A stretch of 60,838 nt of DNA, the filler included, from Stramenopiles sp. TOSAG23-2 (lineage: Eukaryota), in the NCBI GenBank assembly GCA_900128395.1. It is 5 parts of 5 records of this genome, joined end to end, with 100 filler letters (N's around TTAATTAATTAA, not from the genome) between each part and the next. Parts side by side here need not be neighbours in the genome. Positions count along the whole stretch, not along the records: positions 48,770 to 60,838 come from LT649881.1; 4 more parts are not named here. One strand, given 5' to 3'. Of this stretch, positions 54,305-60,838 are shown piece after piece (position 1 is the first letter of the stretch; the number at the start of each line of letters is the position of its first letter). The notes beneath the pieces were generated by a model that made no database searches, was not told the origin of the DNA, and was given only the letters and a program-made list of their open reading frames with translations. The position numbers and the translations under genes were made by a program.

Positions 54305-56329
54305 ATGGCAAGTAGTAATCGCCAAAATAAAAAGAAAGTGCAAGAATTTTTAAAACGTCAAGGAGAAAAATTTCCAGAAATTAAACAAATGCAAGAACAA
54401 TATAATATGGAACAATTAAATAATAATAATAATACATATTATGGTAGTAGTAATAATAATAGTAACAACAGCAACAAGCACCATCACCCAGACCATTTGG
54501 CGCCTCCTCCACCACCACCAGAATCAGATGATTCGGAGTATTATGAAAATCTAGTGCAAAAACGCCATCAAGTTCAGCAACAACAAATGCAGGAACAGGA
54601 AGCACAAGCAGCAAGACTTGTTAAAGAAGTTGATCGAAATTTGATACAAACTCAAGAATATAATAATAGCAATAATAATAATAACATGCATAAAAGTAAT
54701 AAGTACAATAATAGTAACAATAATAGCAGAACTGGTGGTAGTATGAAACATATTCAATATGTAAAAGAAGAACAACAGCGAATGCAAGATTTGGAAGATC
54801 AATCCATGTTCAAGGAAGATGAAGTCGAAGAGCTCATTGCTACTTTTGAAAGTGAAAATAAAAAGTACCGACAAGATGTGGTAATTTTAACGCAACAATG
54901 TGATCGACTTGAAAAAGATTATATAGAGCTTGATCAAAAATCTTCAAGTGAAATTAGACATAAAGAACAACAGTTACAACAAGCAATGGCAGATATACGG
55001 TATTTAAAAGAAAAAAATGCTGATTCTGTTGGAAGAGAAATCAAATTAAAAGCGGACAATAAAATTTTACGTGGTACTGTGAAGGAACTTCATGATTCTA
55101 TCAAACGAATTACGACTGGGGCAAGAGATGCAGTAGAAGCGGCTACGGAACAAAGTGCATCAATGGCACAAGAAATTCAAAGTTTAAAAAAGAATTTTAT
55201 TATGGCAAAACAATATAAATTGCATACGGCATTAGAACATTTGTCTAAAGACAGCATGAGGGAACAACGGCGTTTACAAAGAATCATTGCGCACATGCAA
55301 GCAGAAAAAATTGCATTGCAAGCACTTTTACAACAAGCCGAGGATGATCGTGATGCATGTTCTATGCGTTTACAACTTGCAAAAGATGAAAATGAACGTA
55401 TGATAAATGAGGTAAACAATAATAATGCGTATTATGCGAATAACAATGATGGTAAAATTCCGCAACAGTTTCAGCAACCAGGCGATTATATTGATGATGG
55501 TTACAGTAGCGGTGGAATGCAATTAAGTGTAATTCCAGAAAACGATGATATTGGTATGGAGAATAGTGGCATAGATTATAATGAAAATAACATCAATAAC
55601 AACACCAGCGGTCAAAAAATGGAAGAAAATAATATCATGTTACGAGATTACAATACTGCACCACCAGCGTTAGGAAATAAAGTTGGGATCAATTACCACA
55701 ATGTAAATAATAATAATAATAATAATGTACCATTGCCGTCAAATAATAATATTTATGATGAAAATGGGAAATTGGAACAGAAGCAACAAATGAGAAATAT
55801 GGAGCAAGAATTGTTGCAATCATTATCGATAGATACAAATGCACCAACATTTGAAACGATAGATTTGATTGATGAGAATGGCAATACACCATCTGCTAAT
55901 TTAGAAGCTGTATTAGTAGCTATGAAACAAAGTGTTTTGTCTGTTGACGTTCCACCATCACCAATTATAACAGCAATGGATACCGACAACAAAGATAATA
56001 ATATGAGGGAAAATATACACCAACAGGCAAAGGAACAACAATTAGAGCAACTTAAAACCGTCGAGAACAATAAAATGTTAGGAGGCATTGTGAAGGCTTC
56101 AAAAGGATTTGTTAGCAGCCCATTAGTATCAACGGATGTAATGGACCCTGAAGATGATCCAATTGATAGCATTAAAAAGAAGAATGAGGATACGACGAAA
56201 AGTGTAGCAAATGTATTTAAAAAGAAAAAAAGCACAAAAAGGTTGTGGACGAAACTTAAAATTGGGGTTGCTATCGCTAAACCTCGAAGAAAAGCACCAC
56301 CACCACCACCAGAAGCAAATGATGATTAA
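54305..56329 (+). CDS. Hypothetical coiled-coil protein with N/Q/P-rich ends (674 aa)
   Basis: Long ATG ORF; central heptad-rich segment; poly-Pro near both ends. Confidence 0.75.
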   Translation: MASSNRQNKKKVQEFLKRQGEKFPEIKQMQEQYNMEQLNNNNNTYYGSSNNNSNNSNKHHHPDHLAPPPPPPESDDSEYYENLVQKRHQVQQQQMQEQEAQAARLVKEVDRNLIQTQEYNNSNNNNNMHKSNKYNNSNNNSRTGGSMKHIQYVKEEQQRMQDLEDQSMFKEDEVEELIATFESENKKYRQDVVILTQQCDRLEKDYIELDQKSSSEIRHKEQQLQQAMADIRYLKEKNADSVGREIKLKADNKILRGTVKELHDSIKRITTGARDAVEAATEQSASMAQEIQSLKKNFIMAKQYKLHTALEHLSKDSMREQRRLQRIIAHMQAEKIALQALLQQAEDDRDACSMRLQLAKDENERMINEVNNNNAYYANNNDGKIPQQFQQPGDYIDDGYSSGGMQLSVIPENDDIGMENSGIDYNENNINNNTSGQKMEENNIMLRDYNTAPPALGNKVGINYHNVNNNNNNNVPLPSNNNIYDENGKLEQKQQMRNMEQELLQSLSIDTNAPTFETIDLIDENGNTPSANLEAVLVAMKQSVLSVDVPPSPIITAMDTDNKDNNMRENIHQQAKEQQLEQLKTVENNKMLGGIVKASKGFVSSPLVSTDVMDPEDDPIDSIKKKNEDTTKSVANVFKKKKSTKRLWTKLKIGVAIAKPRRKAPPPPPEANDD

Positions 56330-56762
56330 AAATACAAAAATATACTCGCGTGTGTTACAAGAAAGTATTTTATTTAAAGAGAGGTATCATCCATAAAGGT
56401 TAATTTATTCGGTATCAAATATTATATATATATATATGCATTAATCATACGTTTCGTAATTCGTAAATTGTTTATAAAAAGAGAGTGTGTGTGTGTATTT
56501 TTAATCGTAAACTCAGAGAGATCATATTATCAATATCTCATTTTCATATTAATATTACGGTGTAGTAAATAATATTCGGTAATTAAATTACTTCGTAAAA
56601 ATATACGCGTAATTAATTCTCGTATATTATTTTATTTTTTATTTTTTATTTTTAGCTTGCGGGGGCGCATGAGAGCGCTTTCTTTAATGCGTGTAGGATT
56701 GAATATTTATTTTCAAAATCAAATTTATCGCGCCACTCAATTCATTTTTTTATCCCATCACA

Positions 56763-58346
56763 TCATATATGAAGTTCCATTAACGTATCTGCTTTACTGC
56801 CACCTAATCGATAGTAATTATTCGCATCAATAACCATTTTGTAGCCAAAATGTTCTAGTTTACTCATTAAGGATTGATAATTTTTACCAACAGTAAATGT
56901 TCCATCCATATGATTGTGTTCAAATAAAATTTGCATTGGTTTGATATGTTTACTAAAATCATAATTCATTAAAATTCTATAATCCATCCCTTCAGCATCT
57001 GTCTTTAATAAATAAATATCTTTCAATTGATAATTTTTCACTATTTCATTGATTGTTGTTGTTTCAACTTTAATAGTTTCTACCACTAAATCAGGGAGAT
57101 GTTTTTTTAAATGATTTGCATTTGTTGAACCAAGTTGAGTGACCCAATACGGCAAATTTTTAAAGTCGTTGTTGGCAGAGGGGATGGTAAATTCAATTTC
57201 ACCTATAAAATCAGCCACTGCTTTGTTGATAAATATGATATTATGGAAATGATTCGGTAATTTCATTTTATAATTTCTTTTTAATCTTTCGAATAAAAAT
57301 GGAACCGGCTCTATCAAAATTAAATTTGTATTTTCATCAGCCATTTCAAAAATAGGATCATTTATTGTATTGCCAACATGTGACCCTATTTGTATTATGG
57401 TTTTATTTGGGATATGATTTAAATGCGATTTAATATCATTAATATTATTGTTTAATATAGCACCTTCATCATAATATGAACTTGTTGTAGGAATACAGAT
57501 TATATGATTAATGTTATATGCATATGGCTTTTCATATTTTTTTCTTGGACAAAATTCTGCAAGTAAATTTGTTATTATTGTATCATCATCATCCTTGCTA
57601 ATATATCGAAAATAAAGAAGCGGTGGTGGATTGCATATTATCATTTGTTTTACTAGACGCGTTAAGACGTAGCGAGTATGTTTTTCTTGAGTGTTAATTT
57701 CTATAACACGTGGACAACGTAATCTTTGTTTCCCATCGGCCTCATCAATACCATTATTACTGTCAACTTCCATTTGGACGTTATTGTTATTATCAATACA
57801 TATATAGTCTCTATGTTTATAAGTGCTCGTAGGAGTTGGATGCAATTCGTAAATATTATTATTAAAATAATAAAAGTCTAATCCATAACGAAAACATCCA
57901 TGTGCTGCCCAATTGTATTCTTTGCCATCACGAAGTTGTATTTTGTTGATATTATCTATATCGTATCCAAGTAGATTTGCTGCAACAAAACATTCATTTG
58001 CAGATTTTATTGACTCGGATTCATCGCATATAATTGATGTATTTTCATGGTAATTTTTTAATATATATGGATGAGATGGCGATGCCGTTCTCCTACCATC
58101 GATGAGATCGTGATCCATTAGAATTTGATTTATTCTCCTTGTATTATTAAGTTGGCCATATTCATATGGAATTTCTATAGTGTCAACATTTAAGTTATGG
58201 AAAATTTTATTAATTAACGCGTTCGAATATGTATCTTTCTCGTCACGTTTACCTATTGCAAGATAGGTATGGTAATTGTTAATCGATGTAGATTCAATAA
58301 TCCAAATAGATAATAATACAACAATTAATAATGATCTGCTGTTCAT
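56763..58346 (-). CDS. Secretory-pathway FkbM (Methyltransf_21)-family methyltransferase
   Basis: Signal peptide; C-terminal IIQIGSHVG..DP, LILIEPVP, INKAVAD, LLKTDAEGMDY.IL, ILFEH. Confidence 0.85.
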   Translation of the reverse strand: MNSRSLLIVVLLSIWIIESTSINNYHTYLAIGKRDEKDTYSNALINKIFHNLNVDTIEIPYEYGQLNNTRRINQILMDHDLIDGRRTASPSHPYILKNYHENTSIICDESESIKSANECFVAANLLGYDIDNINKIQLRDGKEYNWAAHGCFRYGLDFYYFNNNIYELHPTPTSTYKHRDYICIDNNNNVQMEVDSNNGIDEADGKQRLRCPRVIEINTQEKHTRYVLTRLVKQMIICNPPPLLYFRYISKDDDDTIITNLLAEFCPRKKYEKPYAYNINHIICIPTTSSYYDEGAILNNNINDIKSHLNHIPNKTIIQIGSHVGNTINDPIFEMADENTNLILIEPVPFLFERLKRNYKMKLPNHFHNIIFINKAVADFIGEIEFTIPSANNDFKNLPYWVTQLGSTNANHLKKHLPDLVVETIKVETTTINEIVKNYQLKDIYLLKTDAEGMDYRILMNYDFSKHIKPMQILFEHNHMDGTFTVGKNYQSLMSKLEHFGYKMVIDANNYYRLGGSKADTLMELHI

Positions 58347-58595
58347 CGTTCAATCATAAAATATTAATCAAAATCTTCATATCAAGATGTCTTATCTGTT
58401 TATGTATTCTCCCAGTACTCTGCATACAAATAATGATATATGTATACATGAGTGAGTATAAAAACACAAATGTATACCAAAAGTATAATTCTAAAATAAT
58501 ATAAAAATGTGTGTAAATACATATCTTTGTGTTATATTTTGCAACATATTATATGTTGTTGCCGATGGATTTTGCCTTAAAAAAATCAATTACAC

Positions 58596-58770
58596 ATCAG
58601 GAATTTTTATCATCTAAAAATAATCATCAAATAATTTAATAGTGCATAATTATTAATTACAGTATCGGATATTATTATTCCTATTCCATCACTATAAATA
58701 GTCAGTTTGGTAACTTAAAAAGGTTACCTACACGATATATTTTGTGATTTTAATGCTATGTCAATGCTAC
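58596..58770 (+). repeat. Dispersed repeat family B, copy 2
   Basis: Collinear similarity to 24918-25102, starting with an identical 31-nt block. Confidence 0.8.
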
Positions 58771-59082
58771 GGTAAGCTGGTATTAGGAAAAAAATGCAGA
58801 AATTCCGCAAAACGTACAGACATTTCCAATTTTTTTTAAATTGTTGAAGTTCGGAGTTCGCCAGTTCGGTTAAAGCCGAATGCCCGAAGGAATTGGACAA
58901 CAAATAAACATATATGAAAAGCAAATATAAACACATTTTATCACGCATCACTATAAATTACATACATAGCGATCACTTTTTCTTTTGATTATTATTATTA
59001 TAATAGTTCTTTTTATCTAAATTGCAATTTGCTTTTGTATAATTATTATTATTTTAAATCATCTTTTGAAATTACGATAAAA

Positions 59083-59787
59083 ATGGCAACACCAAAAACG
59101 GCAACAACATTCAGAAATGAGAAAAATACGTCAAGCACATTTCGTAAGAATATTGCCAGTACAGAGACCTTAGTAGTATTTGCTGGTTATAATTATCTAT
59201 TGGTCATGGCACCTCTCTGTTATACAGGGCCTGCGGAGATCATACGCACGGTGCGCTTCTGGATTCTCGCAGGATTTGGTTTGATGTACATCTTGAGAGT
59301 AAATGTTATGATGAGATGTTTACTATCACGAGTGGTCTCGAAGGAGGAAATTCTATTTGTGCTGCCCGTCTTTGTGCCTGGGCTCATGACCTCATTTGCC
59401 CTAGGTGCAAACGGGTGTGACGATGATATCAGTACATTTTTAGCAATACCATCTGTCATATTATACGTTATTGGTTCATACTTAAACTCAGGATCGGAGC
59501 TTCAACGAAAGCGATGGAAAAGTCGGCCAGAAAACAAAGGCAAGTGTTATACTGAAGGCCTGTTTTCTCTCGCCCGAAACATTAATTATTTTGGTGATGT
59601 AATTTTGTTCTCTGCTTGGGCGCTTGCATCGGGTCGATGGTGGAATGGATGGGTGCCACTCGTTATGCTCCTTGGTTTTGTTTTTCACCACATTCCAGAA
59701 AAGGAAGCATATCTTGCAAAACGCTATGAGTCGGAGTGGCCTGCATACTGTGCAAAAACAAAAGCCTTGGTACCATACGTGTGGTGA
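59083..59787 (+). CDS. DUF1295/steroid 5-alpha-reductase C-terminal-like membrane protein
   Basis: SELQRKRWKSRPENKGKCYTEGLFSLARNINYFGD; E.YL..RY..EW..YC..TK.LVPYVW; several TM segments. Confidence 0.85.
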   Translation: MATPKTATTFRNEKNTSSTFRKNIASTETLVVFAGYNYLLVMAPLCYTGPAEIIRTVRFWILAGFGLMYILRVNVMMRCLLSRVVSKEEILFVLPVFVPGLMTSFALGANGCDDDISTFLAIPSVILYVIGSYLNSGSELQRKRWKSRPENKGKCYTEGLFSLARNINYFGDVILFSAWALASGRWWNGWVPLVMLLGFVFHHIPEKEAYLAKRYESEWPAYCAKTKALVPYVW

Positions 59788-60306
59788 GATTTTTCAAAAA
59801 AAAGGTGCAAAGCGTTGCCAAAGAAATAATAATATGATAGCACAATAATAAAAATAAGAAGAATTAACAAATCATCACATGAATTTATGAATTTACCTCC
59901 TACTATAAGTAAAATAAGCAACATAATACTATAAAATCATTTATACTTAACATTTACCAGATAGCACGATACTCCGATATATTCCAGCTTGATGATGATT
60001 GATGATTTAGATTGATGATGATATGTGATATGATGATGATAGATGATACTAACCTATATGTGGTTCAAAAACCTGGTCCATTGTATTCATCACCTGCTAT
60101 AGAGAGGTATAATACTACATAGCATGGTAATGGTATTACTATATTTATTATATATGTACTTATTATAAATATTATAATTATATTCTATCAAACATATACA
60201 ATGGTGTAATGTCTATGAAATAAAGTAACAAAGAACCAAAGGACAAAAATACTTTTTATATTTTTGTTCGCATAATTTTTAAAACACTACGTATTTTTTT
60301 AATAAT

Positions 60307-60837
60307 TCAAACATACGCAGAATCTCTTCTCTCTTTTTTTTTCGCTGCTGTCCCTTTTAGTGAATTCATTGTGTCCCGATCATCAATGCTGCTAGCCCGG
60401 CGTCGTGTTGAAAGTCGTTTTATTTTCTTCATACGTTCTTCGAATGCATTGGATCTTTGAGGTGCTATGTTCTTTGATTGGGCAATTACTTTTGGCTTCT
60501 TTCCAAATGAAAGGTTCTTAGAATCCAAAGGATTAATATGTTCAGAATCCGATTGATTGCTGTCAACAACTCCCGCTTCCTTTTTTTGTGAAATAGTCTT
60601 TTTAGTAAACAGTGGATTCAGAGTGCTCATTTTAATCATTTCCACATCGTTTTCTTCCTCTTCTTTTTCTTTCACTAACTTTTCTTTTCTTTTTGACAAA
60701 CATGAATTAACCTTTCGAAACACTAAACATGAAATTATTATAGCAAAAATAATTACTGCAATGTTCAAGATCAACAGTATCATCCCTACTACTACTAATA
60801 TTTTATGATTGAACGATCTTCGTAACAATACCTTTTG
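60307..60837 (-). CDS. C-terminal fragment of a membrane protein (TM helix + cytoplasmic tail), cut by the window/contig end
   Basis: Frame open to the edge; hydrophobic helix followed by a charged tail with NPL motifs. Confidence 0.65.
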   Translation of the reverse strand, partial: QKVLLRRSFNHKILVVVGMILLILNIAVIIFAIIISCLVFRKVNSCLSKRKEKLVKEKEEEENDVEMIKMSTLNPLFTKKTISQKKEAGVVDSNQSDSEHINPLDSKNLSFGKKPKVIAQSKNIAPQRSNAFEERMKKIKRLSTRRRASSIDDRDTMNSLKGTAAKKKERRDSAYV

Positions 60838-60838
60838 A

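Noticed and set aside
56655..56740. GC-rich patch as SECIS or small RNA downstream of the FkbM TGA stop
   Set aside because: No convincing ATGA/AA/GA SECIS stem or recognisable snRNA/tRNA motif; the protein domain appears complete at the stop.
228..60808. The many 60-160 aa ORFs overlapping long CDSs or lying in AT-rich spacers
   Set aside because: Antisense/shadow frames or microsatellite-derived low-complexity translations with non-ATG starts and no motifs.

Overview
This is AT-rich, gene-dense, intron-poor eukaryotic DNA, most likely from a flagellated protist. It carries ORC3, an RPGRIP1L-like ciliary transition-zone gene, mitochondrial NDUFAF7 and one clear GT-AG intron. A stramenopile-like origin is inference only. 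The window is not one locus: five ~12.1-kb contigs in decreasing length order (1-12108, 12209-24303, 24404-36491, 36592-48669, 48770-60838) are joined by artificial 100-nt spacers (44N-TTAATTAATTAA-44N), so adjacency across spacers is meaningless. About 20 protein-coding genes or fragments are supported. No rRNA, tRNA or CRISPR array was recognised. The most interesting items are: (i) a three-copy dispersed element with a fixed 3' end, variable 5' truncation and a 21-bp flanking duplication, resembling an unannotated non-LTR retroelement; (ii) a 3166-aa RPGRIP1L-like protein fused to >30 EF-hand-like loops in higher-order repeats; (iii) a repeat island with a Tc1-like foldback element, a second dispersed repeat and a 59-bp minisatellite; (iv) unusual architectures (tandem ependymin-like, RING-Myb-PDZ, Cys-rich receptor with a WW tail). 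All family calls are by-eye motif recognition; no database search was run.
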